Shown: positions 34,605 through 48,070 of the stretch, piece after piece
How positions within the stretch are numbered: the stretch's first letter is position 1
How the letters are laid out: the number at the start of each line of letters is the position of its first letter
Assembly (NCBI GenBank): GCA_028534125.1
Contig: CM052817.1
Span: 70,558,001 to 70,622,000, forward strand
Direction: 5' to 3'
Source: Lama glama
Lineage: Eukaryota
DNA length: 64,000 nt
Notes under the pieces: model-generated
Databases searched by the model: none
The model's input: the letters and a program-made list of their open reading frames with translations, nothing else
What the model was told of the DNA's origin: nothing
Position numbers and translations under genes: made by a program

Positions 34605-36838
34605 CTAAGGAGGGAAAAAAAGCAATATGTGTAAAATATATTGGTGACATTAAGCAGAAAATATGTTTCATTTTTTTTCTTTCATAGGCACTATATATCA
34701 AAATCTGTTGTACATGTCCTGTAGAGCTAATGGACTGTTACTTGACCAGCTGCCTGATATCAACGGGTCCAAATAAATTTTATTACAATGAATGCAGCTG
34801 AACAGTTTTAAAGTACTCCACAATATTAACAGAAAGCAATTTCTCTGACTTCTGATAGCTTTTTTGGCACTTAGAGCCTCCTTAACTCTATCTCTTTTCT
34901 CCTCTGCTCAGAGCTTCACTTGTAACAAAGACTTTTTCTTGACTCTCTCCTTATGTCACCATCTCTGTCTCCTTCCTCCCGCCATTCCTGCCTCCTGGAC
35001 TCCTGTCCACTCCTTTCCCACAACTCTGTATAAATCCTACTCTGTCTCCTAGTCCATCTCAAATCTCCAGGCCCTCAAAGTCATGACACAGCCCTCAAAA
35101 CTGGTGCATGAATATTGATTTATCTGGGCCTATATGTTTTGCATTTGTGAAATAAATGTTTTCCATTTTATTAGAAAACCTAAAACAATCATAGTAAGAT
35201 AAATTGAGGAGTTTATACTTCCTTTGTTATCTTTGAGAGTTTCTATGTCTATTCCCTTCACTGAGCTCTCTTTTCTACATAAAGCAGTGCATTAAAAAAA
35301 AAAAAAGTCATTGTTTGTTAGCCATGTTTGCTTCCTTAAATTCTGAATTCTCAAAGTCTTACAGCCTGTTCCAGTGGAAAAATCATGAACTTTGGAGCCA
35401 GAGAGACAGAGCCCAGCTCCAGCACCTACTGGGCAAATGAAATTCTTTTCACATAAAATTTCTCACTTGTGTAACGTAAGGGCAAGAATATATTATGGGG
35501 TTTTAAGAAATAAACAATTCTTGTGTCTAAAGCAACTAGGGAAGTATCTGACACATCAGAAGCTGTTAATGATAGCCATTAGCAATACAATGCAATATTG
35601 TTCTTACATTCCATAAGCTGGGATACCCTTCTGTCTAGCTTCATAAGAGCTCACTTTTCTATCATTTAAAAATTTCCATAAAATCACAGAGACACTATTG
35701 GTATTAGTTTCCCTGGGAGAGGGAGGGATGAAGAGGGAGGGAGATTTTAACTTTTTCTCTTCATTTTCTTTTCTCGTTTCAAATAAGCATGAAGCTAAAT
35801 GCTCAGGCATTCTTTTACGGTGACGGGTCCACCACCGCGGCCCGGGAGCCTGAGCCACTGTATTTGATGAGTGCCTGGAATGGGGCTGGCATTGTTCCTT
35901 TTCCCTCCTTAATTTCTATACAAAAGAGCCATCTGATGACTAATGAATTTCAAATTAATTACCATGAATTGGCTGGATGCCAAATAAATGTACTGATCAC
36001 CAGTTGTGAGGGGTCTTTGATAGGCAGCCCATTAGCACACTTTAAAAAATTGCTTGGAAATCTCTTTATTAGAAAACAAAACAAACAAGACAAACTTTCT
36101 TATTAGGAAAACTGGCTCAGAGTGGTCCTGAGGTGAAAGGTTTGACTGAGCTGCCCCTCTGTTTTGCTCTCCTTCCCTTTAAATGAATGTCTTTTTAGTT
36201 TTGTGTTACAAAATACAAAAATACATTTACTTTCACGAAGTTTGCTGGATCTGTAGATGTACTTCTTTGGGGATTAGTGGTGATGAATACTGATTTGTCA
36301 GAAAGATCGTATCACTTATGAAGAGCATTATGTGATACCCTGGTAGTTTCCTACACAGACAGCACCCTTCTCAAACACTGTGAAAGGAAACAGCATGAGA
36401 CCGTCCCTCAAAGTAGTAAGGAAGGATGTCCATCTAAGAGAAATTGAACATATGCACTCTACTTCTCCTGCTGTTTCTCTTTCTGATTTTTATGGGAATT
36501 CTTTGTGGGGCAACTATCAGTATATTTGCTGCAGGTAAACATCTGTATCCCTTTAACCCAGTGACCTAAGAAGCACTAGAGAAAGACATGGATGCTTAGA
36601 AAAGTTTTGGAATGGCACTAGCGAATAGGTAGAACAGAACTTTTGCAGGCCTAGGGATTTTTGAAAGCCACTTAAAAGCCTGACATAGAATGTTTAAAGT
36701 TGCTCCCTTCCCCTCCATTCATTTAAATCTTTTTACCCAAACTTCGGTACTCACGTACGAATTATACTATTTTCTCCTTCCACTAATTAACAATTTGAAA
36801 AAAAGGGTGGTCATTATATTTATCTATATCTATATATA

Positions 36839-37126
36839 TAGGCATACCTTGTTTTATTGCTTTGCTGTATTGCACTTTGAAGACACTGTGCTTTTTACAA
36901 ACTGAAGGTTTGTGGCCACTTTGCGTTGCATTATTTTTTGAATTAAGGTAAGCACATTGGTTTTTTAGACATAATGCTATTGAACACTTAACAGACTACA
37001 GCACAGGGTAAATACAACTTTTATAGGCACTGGGAAACCAAAAAATCATGTGACTTGCTTTATTGCATTATTTGCTTTATTGCAGTGGTCTGGAACCCAA
37101 CCTGTAATGTCTCCAAGGTACGCCTG
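36839..37126 (-). mobile_element. Tigger1-derived internal-deletion MITE
   Basis: TIRs (c/t)aggcatacctt / aaggtacgcctg flanked by TA; gctttattgcagtggtctggaacc is the reverse of the Tigger1 5' end. Confidence 0.85.
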
Positions 37127-37218
37127 TATACCTCTATCTACACGTCCATACTTGAATAAAGTTCACTTTGATACCTCTTTGGGGGAAAATAGATAAAAAT
37201 ACGCAGACTCATTCTCAC

Positions 37219-37245
37219 CTTTTCTCCTCGTTCTCCAGGTTCTCC
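37219..37245 (-). CDS. COL25A1: COL25A1 exon D (27 nt): GEPGERGEK
   Basis: tgttcttttgcccag|GGAGAA...GAAAAG|gtgaga. Confidence 0.94.
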
Positions 37246-38987
37246 CTGGGCAAAAGAACAAAGATTGGATGATATATTAAATTATAAAACACCTAATTAA
37301 GCAACCCAAACAAAATGAGATATTGAACATACTAGATAAATTATATGTGACACTTTCTATTATCAGGCTGACCAAACTCAGACTCAATAAGGTGAACAAG
37401 CACATCCTTCCACAAAATCTTATTCAAAGCAATCCCTGGTGCATGGATTATTTCAGGTGTCCAGAGTACCAGTGTAGTTCGCCTACCTGTCTTCCTCTGA
37501 CATGACCATAAATGCTAAAGCCTCAGCTTGGCCCCCTTCCCAATGTTGCAAACTATCTTCAACCTGTTGTTAACCAGCATGTACAAATCAGGGGTCCTTT
37601 ATTAGACACTGATTCTTTCAGAAAAGATACCAGAATGGGGCAGAATCTAAGAGAGTTTAGGAGAAATGTCTTTACTCAAAATGATGACCATGACAGTATG
37701 AGGACTAAAATGCAAAATTGTGTTCTGGAAAGGATCTCATTTTCACTTTGCCCGGGAAGGGACAGGGGACGGAGTCAGAGAGTTCTAAAGCAAATCACAC
37801 ACATCCTAATAATAATTCTCTCAAGGACAGCTTAAGAAAGCACTGTAATAAGATCAGATTGCTTTAAGAATTATTTTTAAGGTGGTTACTGTGTTTTTTA
37901 AAATTATAATCCACTCTAGAAGTCAGTTTGAAGGCAACACTCTTTTCACTCCCTGAAAGTCGGCCTGACCCTTTGGCTTTCTGAATTTCTGGTTACCTTG
38001 CACTGCTCAACATCCCTCCTGATGGTCGCTAGGCAACAGAAGAATAGGACTGAGAACATGCACTAAGCATTAACGCCTATCATTTGGCTTTTTAGCATGG
38101 AGCTAGAGAGGGAAGAAGACAGGAAAATGGCTGTAGCCCCAGAAGGAGTATTTTCTTTCCTCTCCTGAAGGACAAAGGACAGGTCTATAAATTTTAAGTC
38201 TGTCCTAGGTGCCTGTCAATAGCAATGTGATCTGAAAAATCAGCTGACAGGCATCTGTGGGTATGGATACACACCAGCACAGCTGATGGGATTAGACGTT
38301 AGTTTTGTACTTCAAGGGATGGTCACTCATCAAAGGATTTCGGATTTGTCTGCCTGTTTGGTTTAAACTAAACTGTCACCAATCTTTTTATATTTAACAG
38401 ATTCATTTGTTCTTTCAGAAACAAAGAAAACTTGGAATCCAAAAAAAAAAATCCTCATTACATTTTTTCCTTGCTTAGTAATTCAGACTACATCCATTTT
38501 TAAATTTCAGACATGCCACATCTTTATTATGCTTTTCATTTGATTAACTGGTTATGTTGTGTCAGTCCTGGAGGTGGCCAAATCTTGAGGAAAAGTCACA
38601 GAAGCACTGTGAACATCTTCTTCAGTATGTCTTATAAAAATCATGCAAATTTTGGCAGTACGGACATGGCCTACATTTTAATATGCTCATTAGGTGGTAA
38701 AATGATAACAGTCATACTTTAAACACAGGCTTTCTCATATATTTAAGTATACCAGAAATAAAATTTTGGAGAATCATATCCCATTTGTTTCTCTACAGTC
38801 TTAATGCTAATGAGAATTACAAACATAATTTATTCTTTAGTCACAAAGTTTTACACTATAGCACACTACATTATTGACAAAGATTCCATTCAAGTAACAT
38901 CAGTGGGATATAAAAAAGTTGTAATAGCTTACAGCATCATGAAAAATCATGTCTCAAATGATTCTGCTTGGTTTTCTTGGTACTAAC

Positions 38988-39041
38988 CTTTGGCCCTGGT
39001 ATTCCATTCTGTCCAACTGCTCCAGGCAACCCAGGCTCACC
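38988..39041 (-). CDS. COL25A1: COL25A1 exon C (54 nt): GEPGLPGAVGQNGIPGPK
   Basis: tttttcattttgag|GGTGAG...CCAAAG|gttagt; classic 54-nt collagen exon. Confidence 0.95.
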
Positions 39042-39789
39042 CTCAAAATGAAAAATAGATACTACTAAATAAAATGGACAAAATCAACACATTATATAGA
39101 TCATCAGAGGATATAACCATCCAATAATGCTCTGGCTGCACACAGAATATAAGTGGTTACGTTACACACGTTAGCTTGTTTGGTCCAAAATTTCATGTGC
39201 TGGGACCAAGGGTACAACAGGGTTAATTTCCTGTATTCAGTCTTCTCTCACTAAGAAAGGGAAAGCAAATTACCAATGGAAATTAATAGCTAGCATGGTG
39301 CTAGGGACATCAAATAAGTATTTGTTGACTTAGTAAAAGATTGAATAAAACTAATCTGGAAATTTAAGACTTTCTTGATGGAGAATTTTTAAATGATTCA
39401 TCAGCTTAGGAAAATAGAGACTAAATCATATTTATTAGACTTCGTCAAATGAGCATCTCCAAATCTAAATCTTGAAGAATATACACATCTTTGAACATGT
39501 ATTTAATTCATTGAGACACATTTGACACAAAAGTGAAAAACAGCTTTGATTTCTCTTTCCAGTTTCACTGTAAAGATAATTAAAATAAACCTCCAGATTT
39601 GTGGTTTCCATTGTCATATTGAGTGACAGGCATTTGGGGAAAAGATGGTGGCTATTAGCTAGAAAAATTTCCTATTTCAGAAAGATGGTGATGTGCATCA
39701 GTCTTTCTAGACTCTGAACCCGCAGTTGTCTTCCAAAGAGGAAAAGTCCCCTGAAGTGCTCAGAAGTAAAGGAAAGATAGTCTTCACCC

Positions 39790-40021
39790 CGACTGTAGTT
39801 AACAGTACTGTATGGTATATTTGAAAGATGCTAAGAGAGTGGATCTTAAAAGTTCTCATCACAAGGAAGAAATTTGTAACTATGTTAGATTTTGGATGTT
39901 AACTAAGCTTACTGTGGTAATCATGTCATAACATATACATATATCAAACCATTATTTTGAACACCTAAAACTAATTCAGTGTTGTATGTCAATTGTAGCT
40001 CAGTAGAACTAGGAGAAAAAA
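39790..40021 (+). mobile_element. L1MA-type 3' UTR fragment
   Basis: gctaagagagtggatcttaaaagttctcatcacaa...actgtggtaatcat...tatgtcaattgtagctca plus A tail. Confidence 0.8.
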
Positions 40022-40185
40022 GAAAGACATTGTGGCTTTTAACACTTTCATGTGGCTAAACTTAGAGCAACTAGAATTTCATTTTCATTCAAAAATATTC
40101 CCAAAGCCATTTACTATGCACTTCAACTCCTAGACAAGTTTCTTTCCACTGACAGTTAAAAAGTTGCTCCTTTGTTGACTTTTAA

Positions 40186-40235
40186 AAATTAGACTTTATT
40201 TTTTAGAGCAGTTTGAAGTTCACAGCAAACTTAGC
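40186..40235 (-). mobile_element. About 50-bp L1 3' tip with target-site duplication
   Basis: agactttattttttagagcagtttgaagttcacagcaaa flanked by tgacttttaa at 40176-40185 and 40236-40245. Confidence 0.7.
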
Positions 40236-43176
40236 TGACTTTTAAGAATGCTTTCTAAGTTGCCTGGAGGGCAAGAGTTGTGACATTTTAATATTTGTGC
40301 TCTTACCTTCAAAAACATGTACATTAGTAAAAGAGTGACATTTCTTAAGTGCCAGGAACTTTATGCTCACTAACTCAATTCTCACAAATTTCTCTGAGGC
40401 AAGTATTATCTTTATCTCTTTTTAATAGATGAAGAAACTAAAGCACAGAGAGGTAAAGCAATTTTTCCAGATTTATACAACTCTAACTTAAGAGCATTGT
40501 GCTTTTAACACAATGATGCACTGCTGGATGAATGAATGCATATAGAAATTTGGAGTCGAGGTTGAATCTTTCTATCCTCATTGTCATTTGGTTTATACTC
40601 CTCATTTATAATGACCTTTCAGAATGTACAGAAACCTGAATTAAAAGTAACTTACATAAAGATGATTTTTGTACACCTATCAGATAAACTAAGCAATGTG
40701 AAGCTTGCAGTATCTTTCTAGAAGAGCAAAAAATATTTTACTATTATACTAGATTATTGTAATCGCTGAAGTCTTAACTCATGGAAGAAACTCTGCTTCA
40801 TATATAAAGTTTAAAAAGTTACACTATAATCATAACTCTTGCACGCTCCTTGGTAAAATGGCAAATATATTGACTTGGAGTAACGATGGCCATTATAAGA
40901 AAATTTTTGATGTATCATTTGTACAAAACCAAGGGTAAGAACTCCATTGGAAATTGAATACACCCTGAAAGACGACTATCATCTACTAAGCGGCCAGAAA
41001 AAGAGCTTTCTTCAAAGAACTTGCAACAGGATGCACTAATATCATAACTCATGGTTTAATGCAAACAAGAGATGCTGCCAGGGAACAATACACACTTTGT
41101 TTAGACTTTCAAAGAATAACTATGGTAGCCAGAGTTATTTAAAAAAAAATAGTTAAGCCCCTGGAACCAGACGAAATACATGCTGAGATTTTGAAACAAG
41201 GAAGACAAACGTTGCTTAGGTATCTGCATAACATCCTTCTTAAAATATGAACATCGAGGGACTAAAACTTGATCCTTTTTTCCCTTTGATTTCATATTTT
41301 GTTAAAATAATCTTTCAACATAAAAGGAAACAAAAAATTGCATCCATAATCCCATCACTCTATAATAACTGTTTTCATTTTGTCCTATTTCCTTCTAGTC
41401 TTTTAAATTTATGCTTACATATTTCAAGCAATTGTAAGCTTATTACATAGTTTGACATGCTGATTTTTTTTATTATTTTATACCACACATTTGTTTTTAG
41501 ACAGTATTTGTCATTGTCTTGTGAATAGGTTATCAGCTATCCAAATCAGGCATGAACATTTTGTAGTTATCTGTCCCAAATCACTGAATACTTAGGCTGT
41601 TTCTAATTTTTGCTACTAAAGATAAACTAAAATAAACACCTCTGTAAATATTTCTAAATTGCTTTCCAAAGGGGATCTGATTTTATCTGCTTTTCTAGAC
41701 GCTTACTCTGTTACTTTTTCACAACTTCGTCAGCATTGTATATCACAGTTTTAATTACTTTTGGGGCTACTTTAATAAGCACAAATGAGAATTTACTGGT
41801 GCTCAGTTTTACATTTATCCCTTGGAAGGTTAAATAGGTAACTAGCAAGATTTTAAAGCTAAGAATTGAATAAGGCTGTTTCCTGAGTGAGCCCAGGGAA
41901 GATGGAAAGAAGGAAAAATGACTCAAAGCATTTTACCTTTTCAATAAATTATGTCAAGAAAAATACATTCAAATTCAGACTAGGAGGTTGTGGAACATTC
42001 TGTGATTGTTCAAATGTAGTTTCCCAGGTTGTATTAAAAGAATGTTAAATAAGAAATGCTATACAACTCTGAGTACTAAGGCCAAGCAGTGGGATTCTGG
42101 AAGACGTTAATTTATTCAACTAACATTTAGTGAAAATTTATTATGCGTTTTACTTTGGGCTGAGTGTTTCATGGGACATAAAGATGAAATAGACATGATA
42201 GGTGCCTGTGCCCAGAGAGCTTGTTTTTGATTGCAAAAAAAAAAAAAAGATATCTGCATAAATAACTTAGGAGACATCTAAATGGGATGGAACTTTTTCC
42301 TTTGAGCAAAGTTTTCTTGCACTTTATGAAGAGGCCCAATAAACAGAAATCAAAGGGAAGTCTCAGTGAAGAATGAAGCATTTGTCATGGAGGCATGAAT
42401 ATTTTCTGGTGTAAGAGGACAAAATATTATCGTGATGCCTCTTCAAATAAAGTTACAATGATATATTACCACACAATTTAGTAAAAATGTACACCTACAG
42501 AAAGATATATCGGAAAAGTACAGAAAAAATGAGAATAAGATTGTGTGTGTGTGGAGAGCTAGTCTCATGTTAATTGGATAGTCTGTTCATCTATTTCTGA
42601 ATACATCTCGTATTCACAAGTACCAAGGACATTTCAAAGATAGGAATAAAGAAAAATAGCAGCTAACCTTTTAACTACAGATAGATTGATGGGGTTTTCT
42701 GTACTATACTTTAAATTCTAAGGCTATTCCTAGTGTATTAGTACCAAATGACAAGATTTGCATTTAAGCTAAAAATAAGTTGGACTGACTTTTAAGAATG
42801 ATGCTACTGCTTTCTTTCTTTTTTTTTTTAGATCAGACATTCTTTAGAACTCTAATGTAAAACATCACTCAGGACTCTTACAATTATTTCAGGTACTGCT
42901 ATTCAGGTGCAGCTTGAAAGAACACTTAAAGATAGAAAGGAATGTAGTTTTCTCACAAAATTGAGTGCTAAAGAGAAATGTCTTTAACAGTAATATGGCT
43001 CACTGTTACTTCAATCACAATTGCTTTCCATTCTGGTGATGGGAATTTAAAATGGTTTATAGCTTTAAATGTTTAGCATAGTATAATGTTATATTCACCT
43101 TGTCGATACAGATTTGTTTCCCTTAAGCACTGCGTTTTCAGAAAGCACTCCTCTAAACAGAAGACGAAAATAACTA

Positions 43177-43668
43177 CAATTGTCCCCACTTATCCTCAGA
43201 TTTTGCTTTCCTTAATTTCAGCTATCCGTGGTCAACCAAGGTCTGAAATATTAAACAGAAAATTCCAGAAACAAAGTATTCAGAGGTTTTAAACTGTGCA
43301 CACTTTTGAGTAGCGTGATGAAAACCAGTGCCACCCTGCTCCCTCCTACGCAGGACGTGATTCATCAGCCCTTTGTCCAGCATATCCTGCACGTTAGTCA
43401 CTTAGTAGCCACAGCTAGGTTATCAGATGGACTGTCACGGTATCACAGTGCTTGTGTTCAAGTAATTCCTATTTCAGTTAATAATGGCCCTGAATGCTGG
43501 CAATTTGGATGTTCTCTAACTGTACCTAGTTTCTCAATTAAACTTTGTCATAGGTATGTATGTATAGGGAAAAAACATAGTATGTATAGGGTTTAGTACT
43601 GTCCTCGGTTTCGGGCATCCACTGGGGGTCTTTGAACATATTCCTGGTGGACAAGGCACGGACTGCTC
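43177..43668 (+). mobile_element. MER44-like (Tigger7 family) MITE
   Basis: gtccccacttatcc...gtggtcaaccaaggtctgaaatattaa...tgagtagcgtgatgaaa...gtatgtatagggaaaaaacatagtatgtatagggttt...ggcatccactgggggtctt; TA flanks. Confidence 0.85.
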
Positions 43669-44977
43669 TATAAGGAATGTGAACCAGCCGCAGACGGAAG
43701 GAGTGATACTGAGCATAATATGGTATCAGTCTTCAGGTTGTTCTCGTACCTCTGGAGAGAGTGGGGTTGATGCGTATGTATAATAAAATAGACTGAAGAT
43801 GGGCAGCACTGGTCGCTGATAACTCTGTAAAACACTGGGTGGACTGGGCCTTTCTTCCCGACAGTGACAGTGCGCAGAAGGATTGCAGTGGCTCGAGCGG
43901 TGAGCAGGACCGGCTGTTAGTCCCTCCTCTTTTGCAGGCAGGCATGGTGGGGAGTGGGGCGACCCTCTGTAAGGTGTCAGGGCCTCAGAGGCTTTGGCAG
44001 CTACTGGGTAAACAACCCTTGGTAGGGAGGAGTCTCTGAACGCAGTGAGGCATCCACAGGGGCTTTCAGATGAAGCTATTTGGGAAGAATCACGAAAATG
44101 GGGCTTCTGTTCTCCGTTCGTACTTATTCTCTCTCTACTTTAGTTTAGGCTTTCACTCTAGTCCCATAACGGCAAGTGTGTATGAACATAAACTTGGGTG
44201 AAGGCAGGAGGCAGAAAATGACCAACATATTTTACCTTGAAATTTCTAGAAACGTAGCATTTTACCACACAAAAATGTAAACTAAGAATCCTAGCCCCAA
44301 ACTTAGTGTCATCAATGCCCTGGATAATCCCTTTGGCTTTTTGTGCTCCTGCACACTTCCATGAGCTCCCAGGAATACACACATGTAGTTTAAGAAATTT
44401 GACTTAAGGGAGATCCAGATTATTCCATTAATACTACGGTTTAGCTCCACCATCTTTTTAAGTTTGTGTGAGTTGGCCCGCTGAACTAATTCATCCTTAG
44501 AACAGTTTTGTCTGTATGTGTTGTCTGTATACAGACGTGACATCTAAAACACAACCCACTGGTATATTGGAGATTGCCAATCACTGCATTCAATAAGAAA
44601 CAAAATCTTTGTTGACGTTACAGTTAAACATATTTAGGACTGTGCAGCTTGGTATTAAGTAACACAAAGTAGAGGGACAAGTTGGAATCAAAAACCAGAA
44701 ATCGAGCCACATAGCCTTAATGAAAGCAGAGTAGCCCATAGTAGATTCTTATACTGTATAAATAAACTGAATAATCACAAAATTGGTCATCTATTTTTTG
44801 TTGGGAATATACACCATTTTACAGATGTCTAGCACCAATGTATTTAGAATTTATATGAAAAAATGCCCTCAGTCTTACATTATTTGATTCCATTTGTTCT
44901 CTGGACGGTTGTCCCCCTTCTTCCATGTCATAAAGACTACACACGGGCTAACCCTCGAAAATGGGCAGAGTTTAAGC

Positions 44978-45322
44978 CTGTATTGTCCAGTATGGTACTA
45001 CTAGCCACGTGTGGCTTTTGAGCCCTAGAAATGAGGCTCGTTTTTGAGATGTGATGTTTTAACATAAACTGATTTTGAAGACTTAGTTGTTAAAAAAAAA
45101 GGTAAAATATCTCATTAATGTGAATACTATTAATCTTGAAATATTGATTTATATGATGTTGGAATGATCATTTTAGATATACTGAGTTAAATAAAATATA
45201 GTCTTAAAATTAACATCACCTGCTTTTAAAAAAAGCTTTTAAAAAATGTGGGTACTAGAAAATTCAGTTACATATGTGGCTTGTATTTGGAGCTTGTGTT
45301 ATATTTCTATCAAACAGCATTG
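44978..45322 (+). mobile_element. MER33-like hAT-Charlie MITE
   Basis: tgtccagtatggta..actagccacgtgtggct...gaagacttagt...gttaaataaaatata...tacatatgtggct; flanks gtttaagc/gtttaaat. Confidence 0.75.
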
Positions 45323-45629
45323 GTTTAAATGATGAAATTCTATAATTAGGAGATGTGATCAACCAAAAGCCTTTACAAGCAGGGAAGGCACACAATCAGT
45401 ATTCAAGCAGGTCAACATCCAGTGAGACTTCACCATGGAAACACCACTGTGGAGTTAACACCCACCACAGGACTCCAAGATAGGTTAATGGGTGTGAGGT
45501 CGAGAGCAGAAGACAGCTCTGGAGTAGAGGATGTTGAGGGGCCGAGGGAGCCACAGTCGTGCAGGTTAGCGGCTGACTTTAGGGACCTCCTAACCCATCT
45601 CCTTGTCACTCACCCATCTCCAGCATTCT

Positions 45630-46380
45630 CCTAAAAACAAGTCAGGCTTAGAATTCCTTCACTCAGTTCTCTCCAAGTCTGACCCATTGCACTGAGAAGG
45701 TCAAAATCCTCAGCAGGGCCCGTGCTAGTCTGGTGCCTGCTGCTTCTCTGAGCTCACCTGCTGCCACTTCGCTCTCACCCACTCCAGCCACACTGAACTC
45801 TGTTTCAAGATGCTAAGCAGGAGCTGGCTCAGGGCCTGTGCACCTGGGGTTCTCTCCCGCAGACCACCGTCCCTCAGATATCCAGGGATTTACTCTCTCA
45901 TCCTCTTAGCTTTGGCTCAACTGTCCCCTTATTACAGGGGTTGCCTGGAATCCACCCCACAACCGCCACACACAGCACCACTTCCTATGCCCACTATCTT
46001 TGCTTTCTTTATTGCGCTAATTACCACCTAAGGCAGAATTTTTTGTTTCTTTTCTATGTCCCCCACTAGGATTGCGACTTGGGAAATAAAAATGCAAGAC
46101 ACACAACTAAATTATAATTTCAAATAAACAAGTCATTTTTAGTTATGTATATCCCAAATATTGAATGGACATATCATATTAAAAATTATGGGTTGTTTAT
46201 CTGAAATTCAAATTTGATTGGACATTCTATGTTTTATTTGGCTACTCCATTTCCCAGCCCCACACCCTCTCCACCACTAGAATATGAACTTTATTTTGCT
46301 CATGCCTCTTTCCAAATGAAACCATACCTTGCACATAATAATTGTCCAGCACATCTATGTTACAGAAATGAATGAATACA
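45630..46380 (+). mobile_element. L2 3' fragment interrupted by MER53
   Basis: actccagccacactgaac...ctcagggcctgtgcacctg...ccccactag...gaatgaatac. Confidence 0.65.
46067..46249. mobile_element. MER53 palindromic hAT MITE
   Basis: aatttcaaataaacaa...tcccaaatattgaatggacata...ttgtttatctgaaattcaaattt near-palindrome. Confidence 0.8.
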
Positions 46381-47434
46381 GGAGAGGCAAATACATGAAG
46401 CCCTTATGGCTCTGGTGAGAGATGAAGATGGCAAGACTCCTCTACTGGGAAGTTGGAAAAGACCTATAATTTCAGTGGCAAGAGATGGTTCTGTGTCTCA
46501 GCTGTGGCAAAAGACAGTGGTGGGAAAAGAGACAGGGACCCAGGAAGAAGATGGGAGAGATGTTAACCCCGCAGTGATGCATCCAAGTCCTGCAGGTAAG
46601 ACCGAAACAGAATTGAAAAGCAGAGGTAAGTGAAGGGTCGCGGTTAGTTGGGGGAGGAGCCCGTGAAGGGCAGGATGCTGGGAATGAGCAGAATGTTCAT
46701 TATTTCCTAGGAAAAGCTCTGAGTCTTTCCAGGACTATGTCAGGGGAAGAGTGTTTGCCTAGAGGACTAAAGGTGCAACAGCTGCCCGTGGGTACAGAGA
46801 CCAGGCCATTATAAATATTTCCATGCATTTGGTTTTCTCCCCACCTCCATCTGCTCCTTCCTTCACCCCATGTGCCTCGGATGAAGGGTGAGCAGTAGCT
46901 GGGGCAACACCGGCTGTGTAAATGATCACATCATCTCAAGTTCCCCACAAACCCTTTCAGAACCTACATGCGTCACCATTTACCCCATGAACTCATTTTG
47001 ACACCTGCTTCTCCCTAAGCAGAAGCACTCACAAAACAGGGCAATGTTTTAGTTGAAAGGAACCAGGCCAGCCATTCTTAACAGATGAAGAAACACATTC
47101 AGAGAGGGGAAGTAACTTTTCCAGAAGCAAAGAGATGCAAAGAGGCAGATGTGACATTAGAATCCAGGTCTTCTGATTCTCTATCTTGTGTTCCTTCTGA
47201 GTAATTGCTTCTTAAAAACTCCTTCATACTTATGTTTCTTTTGCCTTTAATTTTCACATAAAATAGGAAAGCAGCTTCAGGAAGCCTCCAGTCTAATCCC
47301 AGGTTTTTCTACTTCTGGTCTTGGGACACAGCAAATTTCTTGAGCTTCTGTGGGACATGGCTTTTATTCTATGCAGTGGGTAGGGATAGATTAAATGCAA
47401 GCCCTCTCCCAGCTCTAAAGGATTAAGATTTCGT

Positions 47435-47475
47435 ATTATGATTATGATTATGATTATGATTAGTTGTTGTTGTTG
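47435..47475. repeat. Compound (ATTATG)n(GTT)n microsatellite
   Basis: Read directly. Confidence 0.9.
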
Positions 47476-47719
47476 CTGGACTAAAGATGTCTCTGGTGGC
47501 TCCTTACTCCTCAGACATCTGATTAAACTTGCCTCAAGTTCTAATTCCACAGGCTCCTGAAGTCCAGGACCTGCTCTCTGGGCCTCTCTGCTCGGGTTCT
47601 TGCATCTGTACGAATCCTATCTATTTGTTCCAGACCAATTCAGATGGGTCACTCAGGTCTTCACCAGTTGCCTCAAGAAATCCACTCTCAAAAGTACAAA
47701 GCACTTAAAATACACCAAT

Positions 47720-48070
47720 AGGTGATCATCCAAGCAGGTTACAGTTAAGTACATCTACACTGTAGAATGCCATGTAGCCATTAAAGTTAATGTTGATATC
47801 TATTTATCAATATAGAAGTATACCCACTACATATTCTTCAGTAAAAAAGGCAGATTACAAAAATACTTTGTATAATCTTATGCAAGTGAAAATTCAGTAT
47901 CTAATCTATATTTGCACATAGGCAAAAAGAGATATCTAAATGTCACTAAAATGTTAGCAATAGTTATCTCTAAGAAGCTGATTGTGAGTGACTTTATTTT
48001 TCTGGTTTATGCTTTATGAATTTCCCAAATTTTCCTCTATAAAAATATATTACTTTTACATCAAAAAAAG
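47720..48070 (+). mobile_element. Old L1ME-type 3' fragment
   Basis: gtacatctacactgtagaatgccatgtagccattaaa...aaaatgttagcaatagttatctct...tattacttttacatcaaaaaa. Confidence 0.65.
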
